From Chthoniobacterales bacterium (GTDB lineage: Bacteria > Verrucomicrobiota > Verrucomicrobiia > Chthoniobacterales > UBA10450), in assembly GCA_038258245.1 (NCBI GenBank), contig JBBSQB010000008.1, positions 31,405-95,404 of the forward strand: a DNA stretch of 64,000 nucleotides, written 5' to 3'. This document shows, piece by piece, positions 28,670-38,831 of the stretch (positions within the stretch are counted from its first letter, which is position 1; the number at the start of each line of letters is the position of its first letter). A model generated the notes under the pieces. That model was not told the DNA's origin and did no database searches. It worked only from the letters and a program-made list of their open reading frames with translations. Position numbers and translations under genes: made by a program.

Positions 28670-30232
28670 ATGGATCGCGAGCTTTTTCGCTTCGACGAAC
28701 GGTCTTACCGGCCCCGCCGCAAGACGAATTACTTCCTTTGGTCGATCGTCGTTCTGCTCCTTATCGGCTTCGCCTTCGCCGCCTGGCTCGGCAGTTTCTA
28801 CATCTTCGGTCAACCGGAACGGCCGCAGAGTTATCGCATCCTGCAGAAGCTGCATAAAATCGATCCGCCCCGGCGTTTTGGCCTGACCGCGGCGCCGAAA
28901 GGCGAATTCCTCAACGCCGCCGCCACTTGGGATCGCTACTCGATCATGCGTCCCGCTGAGCTGGCCCAGGCGAACGCGGAATTGATGCGGAATTTTTTGC
29001 GCAATTACCAGCAGGTCCGCGGGCTCGTTCCGTATGTGGTCGGTCGATACGATGTCATGGAAGCGCGCGAGCTGGGGCCTAACGACTTGTTTACGTCCGG
29101 CGTCACCGCCCTCACCCGCTCCAACGATCGCGGCGAAGTGCTCATGGAACACGTCTATCCGGGCGACGCCCATGATGTGCCGTTAATGAAAGAGACCCTG
29201 GTCGTCGGCCTCGAGATTAAACTGGAACGCACCCACGATCTCTCCGCCCTCGTGCACGTCGAGCGTCTCGCGGATGGGCGGATTCTTCTTTCGACCGTGC
29301 CGCTGCTCTACGGCAGTTACACGGTCACGCGCGGCCCCGGCACTTTCAGCCTCGAACCTCCCGACGATCTCAACATCGCGGCGGGCTGGCCGATCTTTAA
29401 GGATTCCTATCGCCGCAAAGCGGAAATTCATTACGCCAATTACCGCGCCAAAACCACACCCGCTCTCAACGGAAGTTTTTCCATGACGGGCGTGACCACC
29501 AGCACGCCGCCGCCCGCCGAAAATGAATTGGTGCGCGTCGAGCAAGCCATCGCGCCCAACGCCGCCAACCCGAAGGTCGCGCAGAAGAGCGAGACACCGG
29601 CAGCGGCCCCCTCGCCTGCCTCAACAAAACTCGCGCGCCAACAAAACACGCCGAAAGCGGCGCCGAGCGCTTCGCCTGTCGTGGTGGCCAAAGTGGAATC
29701 AACGCCCGGGTTCTCTCCACCACCCACTGTTATCACTGAGGAGACTCCGGTGCCGGTCAAGCCGGCAGAGCCAATCGCCGCTGCGGCTCCCACTCCCACG
29801 CCGGTTCCGGTGCGCGCCGCCGTGCCTCTCACCGCTGCCGAAGAAAACGCGCTGGCCTCCACCGCCGGCGGCGCGAGCTGGAAGACATTCGAGGCGGGCC
29901 ACATGCCGGCCGGCCGCCTGGTCAGTGCTTCCGATCTCGATGACGTGGCGAAGCACGGCCTCTCGGGCGAACGCTATTATTTGCGCGGCCAATTCGTCGT
30001 GAACTTTGCCGAAACGAACCGTGCCGTCTTGCGCCCGCGTTCCGCGTCCGACGAAGAATCCGATGAAGCAAAGTCGGTGCGCATCATCGTCGAATTTCCG
30101 GCCGGTTCCACGCCGCCTGCGCAAGGCGCGGTCGTGAATCGCGACCAATTACGGCCCTACGAAATTACCGATGTGCGCCGTCAATCCGACGGGCAGATTA
30201 ACGTCTTCGCCCGCGAAATCATGCGGCCCTGA
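28670..30232 (+). CDS. Hypothetical membrane-anchored protein with a Pro/Ala-rich linker
   Basis: 520-aa ORF with one N-terminal TM helix (FLWSIVVLLLIGFAFAAWLGSFYIF). Low-complexity 'PAAAPSPAST...PTPTPVPV' middle region. No family recognised. Confidence 0.5.
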   Translation: MDRELFRFDERSYRPRRKTNYFLWSIVVLLLIGFAFAAWLGSFYIFGQPERPQSYRILQKLHKIDPPRRFGLTAAPKGEFLNAAATWDRYSIMRPAELAQANAELMRNFLRNYQQVRGLVPYVVGRYDVMEARELGPNDLFTSGVTALTRSNDRGEVLMEHVYPGDAHDVPLMKETLVVGLEIKLERTHDLSALVHVERLADGRILLSTVPLLYGSYTVTRGPGTFSLEPPDDLNIAAGWPIFKDSYRRKAEIHYANYRAKTTPALNGSFSMTGVTTSTPPPAENELVRVEQAIAPNAANPKVAQKSETPAAAPSPASTKLARQQNTPKAAPSASPVVVAKVESTPGFSPPPTVITEETPVPVKPAEPIAAAAPTPTPVPVRAAVPLTAAEENALASTAGGASWKTFEAGHMPAGRLVSASDLDDVAKHGLSGERYYLRGQFVVNFAETNRAVLRPRSASDEESDEAKSVRIIVEFPAGSTPPAQGAVVNRDQLRPYEITDVRRQSDGQINVFAREIMRP

Positions 30233-30518
30233 CGGGCTCGCGGCCGCGTGCCTCTTCTCGGAGGGACGTGCTTCCGCACGTCCGCGCATAAAGGGAAATG
30301 GCGTTTCACAGAAACGCCCTACAGAAATGGAATTGAAAATGACGAAGGGCGAAACCCGAAGCCCGAAACAATGACGAAGTCCCAATCACGAAACGGTTAC
30401 GCCGAACGACTTTTCGCGCTTGCCCAGCGGAAGTCTCCCCCGGCCGCTATCATGCCAGTCTCCCAGCGCTCCTTCGAACTTCCTCATTCGTCATTGTTTC
30501 GGGTTTCGTCATTCCACC

Positions 30519-31244
30519 CTAGTACGGTCGTCCCGCTTCGATCACCACTTTGTTATCGATGATGCGAAACGACGTCACACCGTATTCGTCGCGATATTCG
30601 TTGATGTAGCGATCGGCGTAAGTCCGCACCCGGCCAATCCCGGCGAGGTAGTTAAATATCCGTTCCGGGAATCGGGTCCCGCCCGGCGCCTTCGTCTGAA
30701 TCTCAATTCCCGAGGGGCTGCCGTCCGGCGCCGAGCGCACTTCGAAATCGGCATTCAGGTAACGGCCTTCAAACCCGAGCTTGTCGAGCGGAATGCTCAC
30801 CGCCACATGCCCGACGTTGTTCTCGATCGAAACAAAGGCGTGCCCGCGCGCCTTGCGATTCGCGGCGATGAGCTGGTTAATGTCGCCGGCCGAAAACTGA
30901 ATGGTTTGATTATTGTTCGCGGGCGGAGGAGTCGGTGTCGGCGTCTCGTTAGGCGGGAGCGGCGTGTTGGAAGGAAGAGGTGGAGGCGGTTCCTCCGTCC
31001 GCGTCGTTTCTTCAAAATTCTGCCAGCGATCTTTCACTTCATGTTGCTGCTCGGGCGACGTCTCAATGGCTGGGAGCGGCCGCGGCTCCGTCGAAGTAAA
31101 AGTTTTGCGCGTCCCGATGTAGAGCCCGTAAACGCCGGCCAAACCGAGAAAAAAGACGAGCACAAAGAGGATGAGGCAGCCGCGGCCGAGGCAGCAACTG
31201 GTGCCTTTGCGCGGTTCCGGACGAGGTTCGATTACGGTGGCCAT
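30519..31244 (-). CDS. Hypothetical membrane-anchored protein with a Pro-rich linker
   Basis: 241-aa ORF. N-terminal TM helix (CLILFVLVFFLGLAGVYGLYI) and a 'PPPPLPSNTPLPPNETPTPTPPP' linker. No family recognised. Confidence 0.5.
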   Translation of the reverse strand: MATVIEPRPEPRKGTSCCLGRGCLILFVLVFFLGLAGVYGLYIGTRKTFTSTEPRPLPAIETSPEQQHEVKDRWQNFEETTRTEEPPPPLPSNTPLPPNETPTPTPPPANNNQTIQFSAGDINQLIAANRKARGHAFVSIENNVGHVAVSIPLDKLGFEGRYLNADFEVRSAPDGSPSGIEIQTKAPGGTRFPERIFNYLAGIGRVRTYADRYINEYRDEYGVTSFRIIDNKVVIEAGRPY

Positions 31245-31255
31245 ATGCGTCTGTT

Positions 31256-31765
31256 TTATTGCGCCGCCATCTTATCCTGCGCGGCAATCAGTTTGTCGTA
31301 GAGACTCTGCAATCCTTCCGAAAGCAGGCGCGTTCCGCCTAGGATCGGCATGAAATTGGTGTCGCCGCTCCAGCGCGGGACGATGTGCAGATGCAAATGA
31401 TCGGGCACGCCCGCACCGGCGCATTCACCGAGATTCAAACCGATATTGAATCCCTGCGCCTTCACCGTGGCGCGGAGCAGCGCTTGCGCATGCGTGGCCA
31501 GCTTCCAAAGCTCAAGCATTTCATTTTCGCCTAACGACTCCAGATCGCCCGTCTTGCGATACGGCACGGCCAGCAAATGGCCGACCGCATATGGATAACG
31601 ATTCATGAGCAGAAACGCATTCTTGCGCCGCGTCACGACGAGATGCGCGGCATCGTCGTTCGTCTGCGCGGCCTCGGTCAGGAAATTGGGATTCGGCTTC
31701 TGCTCGAAGTATTCGACGCGCCACGGGCACCACAGGGTTTCGATTTCGGCTTTGGGAAATTCCAT
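31256..31765 (-). CDS. HIT family nucleotide hydrolase/phosphorylase
   Basis: Histidine triad 'VPDHLHLHIVPRW'. Confidence 0.8.
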   Translation of the reverse strand: MEFPKAEIETLWCPWRVEYFEQKPNPNFLTEAAQTNDDAAHLVVTRRKNAFLLMNRYPYAVGHLLAVPYRKTGDLESLGENEMLELWKLATHAQALLRATVKAQGFNIGLNLGECAGAGVPDHLHLHIVPRWSGDTNFMPILGGTRLLSEGLQSLYDKLIAAQDKMAAQ

Positions 31766-31814
31766 GGCGAGGCGAGCGAAAATTATGACGCGACGCTCGA
31801 ATGTCGAGCAGGCA

Positions 31815-33290
31815 TTAGGAGCGCGTCAGAAAAACATAATGCGGCGTGCGATCGTCCCCGGGCCGCCAGGATTGCAAACGCGATGGAATCGCGCCCGGCA
31901 GATCACGCAAGAGCAGCGGCTCTTCCTCTGCCGGGGCCACCACCGCAGTGATCTCTCCGGCGTTCCATTTCGCAACCACGGCGGCGTGTTCGAGAAAATG
32001 CAACCGATCGAGATAAAGGAGGAGACCTTCCTCGTCGCCGCCCATCACTTCATAGTGCCAGCCGTGCGCCGCCGCCTGCGCGCGGACACTCTCGCCGAAC
32101 TTGACCAACGCTCCGCGACGATCGCGATAGGCCGCGTCCACTTTCACCGCCGTGTAACCAGCGCTGATGAGAATGGCAAACGCCAGGGCGAGGGCCGACC
32201 AGCGCAACGCCGGTTTTCGCCAGCGTTCATTCGTTAGGCATTTTCCCACCATGACGCCAAGGAGAAGCGCGAGCGGCGGGATGACCGGAAAAATGCGATC
32301 GACGCGCTTCGACGGAATGAGCGACAGGATGAGCAGCCCACCGAGACTCCACGAAATCAGCCAGAACGTTTCCGGCGAAAGATTTCTCCAACGTTCGCGC
32401 CAGCGCTTCTCCGCTGTCCCCCTACGCAACACGCCGAGCGCGATCAGGAGAATGCTCCAGGGCGCAAACTTGTGCAGCAGATGCGGCAGATAAAAATAGA
32501 TGGCCTGCGGTTTGTGGACCGTTTCGCCAAAGCGGCCGATGAATTCCTTCATCACCACCTGATTGAAAAAGCCGGAGACAAAAATCATCCCGCCAATGGC
32601 CCAGAACAGGAAAATGCCTAACGAGGCCAGCCACGGCCACCAGCCGCAAAACGCGCGACCCAATCCGCGATCGTGCCGGCGACGCCATTCCACCAGGACG
32701 ATTCCAGGCAAAAGAAACGCGTAAACGATCGGGCCTTTGATCAGCATGGCGGCGCTGAGCAGGAGAAAGCTGATCATCCGATCGGAATCGCGCCACGGCT
32801 CGGCCAGCCGCACTTTTTGCCAGATTTGCCAGCCGAGCAGAAAGACGACGAACGCCAGCGGCATATCGGTCCGCACCAGCGTGGCGATGCGCAACGAAAG
32901 CAGATTCAATCCGAACGCGCTCATCGCGATCAGCGCCGCGACCACGCCCTGCGTCTTCCCGATTGCGCGACCGATCACCCAAAGCAAACCGATCGCCGCC
33001 AGCAGAGACGGCAACCGCCAGGCCAGCGCCCATGATCCCGTCGCACCAAAGATGCCGGCCGAAATCCACCCGACCAAAGGCGGCTTGGTCGCAACCTTCT
33101 CGTTAGGCGTGTGCTGGTAAATCCAGTGACCCGCCTTCACCATTTCGAAGGACGTGTAGGCCTGCTTCGCCTGATCGTAATCGTCGAGCTGCCACGGCAA
33201 ATTCCCAAGCAGCCAGACTGCCGCGATGAGCCCGAGAACGCTCCAAAGCGTTCGCCGGTCCGTCAGAAACTTCTCGGCCAGGAGCGTCAT
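31815..33290 (-). CDS. GT-C fold membrane glycosyltransferase (ArnT/PMT family 39-like)
   Basis: 491-aa polytopic protein with 'DDYDQAKQAY...TKPPLVGWI', typical of ArnT-like enzymes. The start overlaps the kynB stop by 1 nt. Confidence 0.6.
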   Translation of the reverse strand: MTLLAEKFLTDRRTLWSVLGLIAAVWLLGNLPWQLDDYDQAKQAYTSFEMVKAGHWIYQHTPNEKVATKPPLVGWISAGIFGATGSWALAWRLPSLLAAIGLLWVIGRAIGKTQGVVAALIAMSAFGLNLLSLRIATLVRTDMPLAFVVFLLGWQIWQKVRLAEPWRDSDRMISFLLLSAAMLIKGPIVYAFLLPGIVLVEWRRRHDRGLGRAFCGWWPWLASLGIFLFWAIGGMIFVSGFFNQVVMKEFIGRFGETVHKPQAIYFYLPHLLHKFAPWSILLIALGVLRRGTAEKRWRERWRNLSPETFWLISWSLGGLLILSLIPSKRVDRIFPVIPPLALLLGVMVGKCLTNERWRKPALRWSALALAFAILISAGYTAVKVDAAYRDRRGALVKFGESVRAQAAAHGWHYEVMGGDEEGLLLYLDRLHFLEHAAVVAKWNAGEITAVVAPAEEEPLLLRDLPGAIPSRLQSWRPGDDRTPHYVFLTRS

Positions 33291-33922
33291 TAATCTCGCC
33301 AGAGAATGGCGCGCACGGGCGCCGCATCGCCGCCTTCGATTTTCAACGGCAACGCAGCGAGCTGATAGTCGCCCGCCTCGATCGTTTCCAGATTCAGGTT
33401 CTCGAGAATGGCGATGCCCGCCGTCGCGAGCGCGTGATGATTCGGCAAATCTTTCGAATCAATCGCATCGACCGACGGCAGATCGAGGCCGAGCAACTTC
33501 ACGCCCCTCGCCTTCAGCCAGACGGCCACATCGTGCGCGATCACCGGAATTATCTCCGGAAACGGCGCGCCTTCCGGCCAGGCGCCGGTCCGCAAAAGCA
33601 GACGCGGCGGCAGCTCATCGTCCGCCAGAGCCGCTTCCAAATCGGTCACCGCAATTTCCGGCCTAACGAGTCCGGTAACGTCCAACACCCGTGCCGTTCC
33701 CACAAAAAAAGCGAGCGGCATTTGATCGATCGTCGCTCCTTCCGCCTCGAAATGAAACGGTGCGTCGGCGTGCGTTCCATTGTGCGTGCTCATCTCGATC
33801 GCGCCCACGTTCACGCTCGCGCCCGCCGCCATTTTCCAGCTCAGCGCAAAACGAAACGCCGTATCGCCCGGCCACGACACGAGCTCGCGCGACAACGCAC
33901 GCGAGATGTCGAAGATTTGCAT
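33290..33922 (-). CDS. kynB: Kynurenine formamidase (cyclase family)
   Basis: About 210 aa with 'STHNGTHADAPFHF' metal-binding motif and the size typical of KynB. Confidence 0.75.
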   Translation of the reverse strand: MQIFDISRALSRELVSWPGDTAFRFALSWKMAAGASVNVGAIEMSTHNGTHADAPFHFEAEGATIDQMPLAFFVGTARVLDVTGLVRPEIAVTDLEAALADDELPPRLLLRTGAWPEGAPFPEIIPVIAHDVAVWLKARGVKLLGLDLPSVDAIDSKDLPNHHALATAGIAILENLNLETIEAGDYQLAALPLKIEGGDAAPVRAILWRD

Positions 33923-33931
33923 CGCCTCTTT

Positions 33932-34705
33932 CTACACGAACTGCCGCGCGCATTCGAGCACGCGCCGCACGTTCCCGCCCATCGCGTCGATCTCCGCGAC
34001 CAGCCGCGATCCGACCACCGCCGCATCCGCATAACGACAAACGCGCCGCGCCTGCTTCCGCTCGACACTGCCGAAACCGACCGCGACCGGCAGATCGCTC
34101 ACCCTGCGAATGCGCGCGACCAATTGCTCCGATTCATCCGCCAGCTCGCGCGCTGTTCCGGTCACGCCCGTCCGCGCCACCGCGTAGATGAATCCGCCGG
34201 CCAGGCGCGCGATTTCCCGCAAACGCCGATCGCTCGTCGTCGGCGCGACCAGAAAAATCAGGTCGATGTCGAAGCGCCGCAGTTGCTCGCGCAAAGCCGC
34301 CGCGCCTTCGGTCGAGAGATCGACCACCAATACTCCCGCCACTCCGGCAGTGGCGGCGCGCCGCGCGAATTTCGCGAGGCCGAATTGCAGAATCGGATTG
34401 TAATAAGAGAAGAGAACAACCGGCGCAAAGTCGTTAGGCCGCGACTCGTCCAGCATTTGCAAAATCTTTTCGAGCGACGTGCCGCGGGCGAGCGCGCGTT
34501 GCGCGGCCCGCTCGATGGTCGGGCCATCGGCGGTCGGATCGCTGAAGGGAACGCCCACCTCGATGGCGACCGGCCGCAACTTGCTCAGCCCGCTAAGCAG
34601 CTTGTGCGTCGTCGTCAGATCGGGATCGCCCGCGACCAGAAACGGAATGAAGCCATTGCCTTTCCGCCGGCGCAGAGCGGCGAAGCTTTCAGTCAGCGCG
34701 CTCAT
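33932..34705 (-). CDS. trpA: Tryptophan synthase alpha chain
   Basis: '[12 protein letters not shown]...[17 protein letters not shown]' TrpA signature. Confidence 0.9.
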   Translation of the reverse strand: MSALTESFAALRRRKGNGFIPFLVAGDPDLTTTHKLLSGLSKLRPVAIEVGVPFSDPTADGPTIERAAQRALARGTSLEKILQMLDESRPNDFAPVVLFSYYNPILQFGLAKFARRAATAGVAGVLVVDLSTEGAAALREQLRRFDIDLIFLVAPTTSDRRLREIARLAGGFIYAVARTGVTGTARELADESEQLVARIRRVSDLPVAVGFGSVERKQARRVCRYADAAVVGSRLVAEIDAMGGNVRRVLECARQFV

Positions 34706-35913
34706 CGGCGGCGTTTTAATTCCGCTTCCACGCTGGCCAGATCTTTGTCACCGCGTCCGGAAAGGTTCACGATAATGCTCTGGCGTTTCGTTAATTTGCG
34801 CGCGATGCGCAACGCGTGGGCGACCGCGTGCGCCGATTCGAGCGCGGGAATAATTCCCTCCAGATGCGCCAGTTTTTGCAACGCGCGCAACGCTTCCGCG
34901 TCGTTCACCGAAACGTATTCGACCCGCTTGTGCTCCCGCAAAAACGCGTGTTCCGGTCCGATCGCCGGATAATCGAGCCCGGCTGAAATGGAATGCGTGC
35001 TCGCGATCTGACCGGCCCGATCCTGCAATACGTAGCTCAGCGTGCCGTGGAGTACGCCCGGTTTGCCGCCGCCGCCCGTCGCGAAACGCGCGGCATGCTC
35101 GCCCAATTTTTTGCCTTTGCCGCCCGCTTCCACGCCGAGGAGCCGCACTTTTTCGTCGCCTAAAAAGCGATGGAAAAAACCAATCGCATTCGAGCCGCCA
35201 CCGATGCAGGCGATCAGCAAATCCGGCAGTTTCTTCTCGCGGGCCTGGAATTGCCGCCGCGTCTCCTCGCCGATCACTTTCTGAAATTCGCGCACCATCA
35301 GCGGATAGGGATGCGGCCCGAGCGCGCTGCCTAACAAGTAATAAGTCTCGCGCGCGTTCGCCACCCAATCGCGCAACGCTTCGTTGATCGCGTCCTTCAA
35401 CGTTTGCGAGCCGCTCTCGACGATGCGGACTTCGGCGCCGAGCAGACGCATGCGCAACACGTTCGGCTCCTGCCGCCGCACATCTTCCGCGCCCATGTAG
35501 ACGATGCATTCCAGGCCGAGCAACGCGCAGACCGTCGCCGTGGCCACGCCATGCTGGCCCGCGCCCGTCTCCGCAATGATGCGGCGCTTGCCCATCCGCT
35601 GCGCGAGCAATCCCTGGCCGAGCGCGTTGTTGATTTTGTGCGCGCCAGTGTGGAGCAAATCCTCGCGCTTGAGAAAAATCCGCGCGCCGCCCGCGTGCTC
35701 CGTCAAACGTTCCGCAAAAGTGAGCGGAGTCGGTCGGCCGGAATAGTTGCGGCGCAGATCGGACAAGGCCGCCTGGAATTTCCGGTCGCGCTGCGCGGTT
35801 CTAAAAGCGGTGGTCAACTCTTCGAGCGGCGCCATCAACGTCTCCGCGACAAAGCGGCCGCCGTATGCGCCCCAGTATCCCTTCTTGTCCGGCTCAGATC
35901 GCAACTTCTTCAT
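34702..35913 (-). CDS. trpB: Tryptophan synthase beta chain
   Basis: Start at ATG 35913 ([26 protein letters not shown]). 'HTGAHKINN' PLP-lysine motif. ATGA overlaps on both sides. Confidence 0.9.
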   Translation of the reverse strand: MKKLRSEPDKKGYWGAYGGRFVAETLMAPLEELTTAFRTAQRDRKFQAALSDLRRNYSGRPTPLTFAERLTEHAGGARIFLKREDLLHTGAHKINNALGQGLLAQRMGKRRIIAETGAGQHGVATATVCALLGLECIVYMGAEDVRRQEPNVLRMRLLGAEVRIVESGSQTLKDAINEALRDWVANARETYYLLGSALGPHPYPLMVREFQKVIGEETRRQFQAREKKLPDLLIACIGGGSNAIGFFHRFLGDEKVRLLGVEAGGKGKKLGEHAARFATGGGGKPGVLHGTLSYVLQDRAGQIASTHSISAGLDYPAIGPEHAFLREHKRVEYVSVNDAEALRALQKLAHLEGIIPALESAHAVAHALRIARKLTKRQSIIVNLSGRGDKDLASVEAELKRRR

Positions 35914-36575
35914 CTCGCGACGCTCTCCTCCGCCGCCGCGCGGACCGCCGCAACAAAACTTCGCACGCGCTCCTGATCCTTCAGTCCGGGCGCCGCTTCC
36001 ACGCCGCTGCAAACATCGACTGCCCACGGCCGTACCGCGGCAACAGCCGCGGCTACGTTTTCACTCGTTAGGCCGCCGGCCAGAATCAGACGAGGCAGCT
36101 TTGGTTGCAACTCCGCGGCGATCGACCACGCGAACGTTTCGCCCGTGCCGCCCACCGCAGTCGCGCTCCAGCCATCGAGCAAAACAGCGTCGCACTGGCA
36201 GGCTATCACGCTCTCTGGCTCGAAATCAGGACCGACCTGGAATGCTTTTATAATGCGCAACGGTTTCAGCTTTCGCATCGTTTCGGCGTCTTCAGTTCCA
36301 TGCAGTTGGACGGCATCGAGGGCGAGATCGGTTGCGATCTGGCGCACGAATTCCACGGGCTGATCGACGAACACGCCAATGAATTGAATGGCTGGATATG
36401 GCTCGCGAACCGTTCGCACAATTTCCGCCGCTGCGGCCGGATCGAGGCAGCGGACGCTGCGCGGCGAAAAGTTTAGCCCGATCATTTCCACGCCGGCGGC
36501 CGCGCAGCCGAGCGCGTCTGCGCTCCGCGTGATCCCGCAGACTTTGATCGCGGGGCGATTCGCGAAATCACGCAT
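35910..36575 (-). CDS. trpF: Phosphoribosylanthranilate isomerase
   Basis: 'IKVCGITR...[10 protein letters not shown]...LAGGL' TrpF pattern. Confidence 0.85.
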   Translation of the reverse strand: MRDFANRPAIKVCGITRSADALGCAAAGVEMIGLNFSPRSVRCLDPAAAAEIVRTVREPYPAIQFIGVFVDQPVEFVRQIATDLALDAVQLHGTEDAETMRKLKPLRIIKAFQVGPDFEPESVIACQCDAVLLDGWSATAVGGTGETFAWSIAAELQPKLPRLILAGGLTSENVAAAVAAVRPWAVDVCSGVEAAPGLKDQERVRSFVAAVRAAAEESVAR

Positions 36576-37377
36576 CGGATGATTGCTCTCCGCGCAGTTC
36601 CCGAATGAGCCCGGCGGGATCTTCCGCGCGCATGAGCGATTCGCCGATGAGAAATCCGCGATAACCGCAACTCGTTAGGCGCGCGATGTCGTCCGACCGG
36701 GAGATGCCGCTCTCGCTGATGAGCGTCGCGCCGGCCGGAGCGAGCGCGCTCAGCGTCACCGAAGTTTCGAGCGATGTGACAAAGGTGCGCAGGTCGCGAT
36801 TGTTGACGCCGATGAGACTGGCGCCGCACGCAGCCGCGCGCTCCATCTCGTCGGCAGCGTGCACTTCGACCAAAGCGTCGAGCCCGAGCTCGTCTTCCGC
36901 GCGTTCGCGGAGGCGTCGCAGCTCCGCATCGGAAAGAGCGGCCACGATCAGCAGAACCGCATCCGCGCCCGCCAGTGCCGCTTCGTCGATCTGCGATTCC
37001 GCGACGACAAAATCCTTGCGCAGAATCGGGAGATCGGTCGCGGCGCGGACGGCGCGCAAATCGTCGAGCGAGCCGCGAAAGAAATCCGGCTCGGTCAAAA
37101 CCGAGATCGCGCTCACGCCAGCTTGTTCGTAGATCGCGGCGATGGCCGTCGGATCGGCGTCGGCTCGAATCACGCCTAACGAGGGCGACGCGCGCTTGAA
37201 TTCGCCGATCACCTTAATGCCGCCGCCGTTCGTTAACGCGGACGAGAAACGTCGCCGCGCCTTCCCGGCGCGCGAGCGCAAAGCCTCGACCGGATCCGCC
37301 GCGATCGCGTTGTCCACGTGGGCGCGACGCCGTTCCAGAATCTCCGCGAGGAAATTCTCTTTGCTCGACTCCGTCAT
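36568..37377 (-). CDS. trpC: Indole-3-glycerol phosphate synthase
   Basis: Start at ATG 37377. 'VIGEFKRASPSLG...ISVLTEPDFF...LRKDF...IGVNNRDL' motifs. Confidence 0.9.
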   Translation of the reverse strand: MTESSKENFLAEILERRRAHVDNAIAADPVEALRSRAGKARRRFSSALTNGGGIKVIGEFKRASPSLGVIRADADPTAIAAIYEQAGVSAISVLTEPDFFRGSLDDLRAVRAATDLPILRKDFVVAESQIDEAALAGADAVLLIVAALSDAELRRLRERAEDELGLDALVEVHAADEMERAAACGASLIGVNNRDLRTFVTSLETSVTLSALAPAGATLISESGISRSDDIARLTSCGYRGFLIGESLMRAEDPAGLIRELRGEQSSDA

Positions 37378-38669
37378 CACGTCACGAGCGACCGCGTCGA
37401 CGCAAACTCCTCGTACGCGCTCGTGCTCACCACTTCGCGCAGCACCTCGATCGCCCGCCAGCATTCCGCGAAGGTGTTGTAGAGCGGCGAGGGCGCGAGA
37501 CGGACGACGTTCGGCTTGCGAAAATCGGGCATCACGCCGCGTGCGCGCAAAGCCAGGCAGATCGGCTGCGCGTGTTCGTGCACGAGCGAGACGTGGCCGC
37601 CGCGCCGCTTCGGCTCGCGCGGCGTGCCGATGGTGAATCCAAATTCGGCCAGCTCGGCATCGGCCGCGGCCATGAGAAATTCGGTTTGAGCGAGCGACTT
37701 CGCGCGAATGGCGTCGAGCCCCGCTTCCTCGATCGGCCGGAGCGCGCCATCGATCGGTGCCATGCTGAGCACAGCCGGCGTCCCGATTTGCAAGGCCGAC
37801 GCGCCCATGCCGGGAAAAAATTCATCCGACATCTCGAACATGCTTTCCTTATGGACGCTCCACCAGCCGGCCAGGCCGGCATCGACTCTTCCATCGGCAG
37901 CGAAGTGGCGGCGGTTAATGAAGAGGCCGGCCACTGAACCGGGCCCGGCATTCATGAATTTATAGTGACCCCAGCCTGCGAAATCCGCGCCCCAATCATC
38001 GAGCGCGTGCGGCATCACGCCGACCGAGTGCGACATGTCGAGGCCGATGATGACGCCGTTTTTCTGCGCAGCGCGACAGAGGCGTTCGAGGTCGAGCAGT
38101 TGGCCCGTGGTGTAAACGACCGATGGGAAAAGCGCCATTTGCAGCTCGGGATTGGCCAGTTCTTCCTCCAGTTGCGCCTCGTCGAGAAAGCGCGATTTGC
38201 CGGCTGGCGCAATGACGATGTGCTCGTCCGAATCGAGCCCGCGCAACCGCAAATGACTTCGCAGCGCATAGCGATCGGTCGGGAAACTATGCGCATCGAT
38301 CAGCACCTTCGTGCGCCGCGCTTTCGGTTGGTAAAGCGTCGAGAGCAGTTGGTGCAGATTGATCGTCATCGAGTTGGCGATCGCGATCTCGTCCGCCTGC
38401 GCGCCGACCAATTTCGCGACCCGCTCCGCCAGCGTCTCCGCCATGGTGAACCACGGCGTATCGCCGTCGAGCCAGCCGCCGATGCCGCCGGTTCTCCATT
38501 GTTCGAGCACCGCATTCAGCGTCTCTTCGGCATCGCGCGACAGCAGCCCGAGCGAGTTACCGTCCAGGTAAATCTTCCCTTTCGGCAGATAGAAACGCTT
38601 CCGAAATCTGGCCAATGTATCGGCCGCATCGAGCCGTTCAGCGACCTCGCGAGATGGTGATTGTGTCAT
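37377..38669 (-). CDS. kynU: Kynureninase
   Basis: 430-aa PLP enzyme with 'YLDGNSLG', 'YKFMNAGPG' and 'FRKPNVVRLAPSPLYN' kynureninase blocks. Its stop shares 1 nt with the trpC start. Confidence 0.85.
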   Translation of the reverse strand: MTQSPSREVAERLDAADTLARFRKRFYLPKGKIYLDGNSLGLLSRDAEETLNAVLEQWRTGGIGGWLDGDTPWFTMAETLAERVAKLVGAQADEIAIANSMTINLHQLLSTLYQPKARRTKVLIDAHSFPTDRYALRSHLRLRGLDSDEHIVIAPAGKSRFLDEAQLEEELANPELQMALFPSVVYTTGQLLDLERLCRAAQKNGVIIGLDMSHSVGVMPHALDDWGADFAGWGHYKFMNAGPGSVAGLFINRRHFAADGRVDAGLAGWWSVHKESMFEMSDEFFPGMGASALQIGTPAVLSMAPIDGALRPIEEAGLDAIRAKSLAQTEFLMAAADAELAEFGFTIGTPREPKRRGGHVSLVHEHAQPICLALRARGVMPDFRKPNVVRLAPSPLYNTFAECWRAIEVLREVVSTSAYEEFASTRSLVT

Positions 38670-38815
38670 GAGTGAACATTTGATTCGAAACGGAATCGCT
38701 CTTCGATCCTGTCGAGCAACTTAGAGAACGACCGGGGGGATTAAACCCTTTTGTATCCGTCGACTGAAAAACTTCCGCGCAATGAGAAAAAACTATTGAC
38801 TGAATTCACGCAAAC

Positions 38816-38831
38816 TGGCAGAAACGCCGCA
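38816..38831 (+). promoter_or_regulatory. Candidate sigma-54 (-24/-12) promoter element upstream of the PEP-CTERM gene
   Basis: TGGCAGAAACGCCGCA has GG and GC at the canonical spacing of TGGCAC-N5-TTGCA, 26 nt upstream of ATG 38857. The -12 TT is replaced by CC. Confidence 0.3.

Noticed and set aside
33434-34972. 512-aa ORF on the plus strand, and similar long ORFs (1177-1797, 24502-25392, 25597-26490, 27162-27875, 39473-40309, 40320-41072, 45307-45903, 48190-48966, 50123-51097, 56038-56808)
   Set aside because: All lie antisense to, or out of frame with, genes that carry strong family motifs. Their translations are Arg/Pro/Gly/Ala-rich low-complexity strings, typical of spurious open frames in high-G+C DNA.
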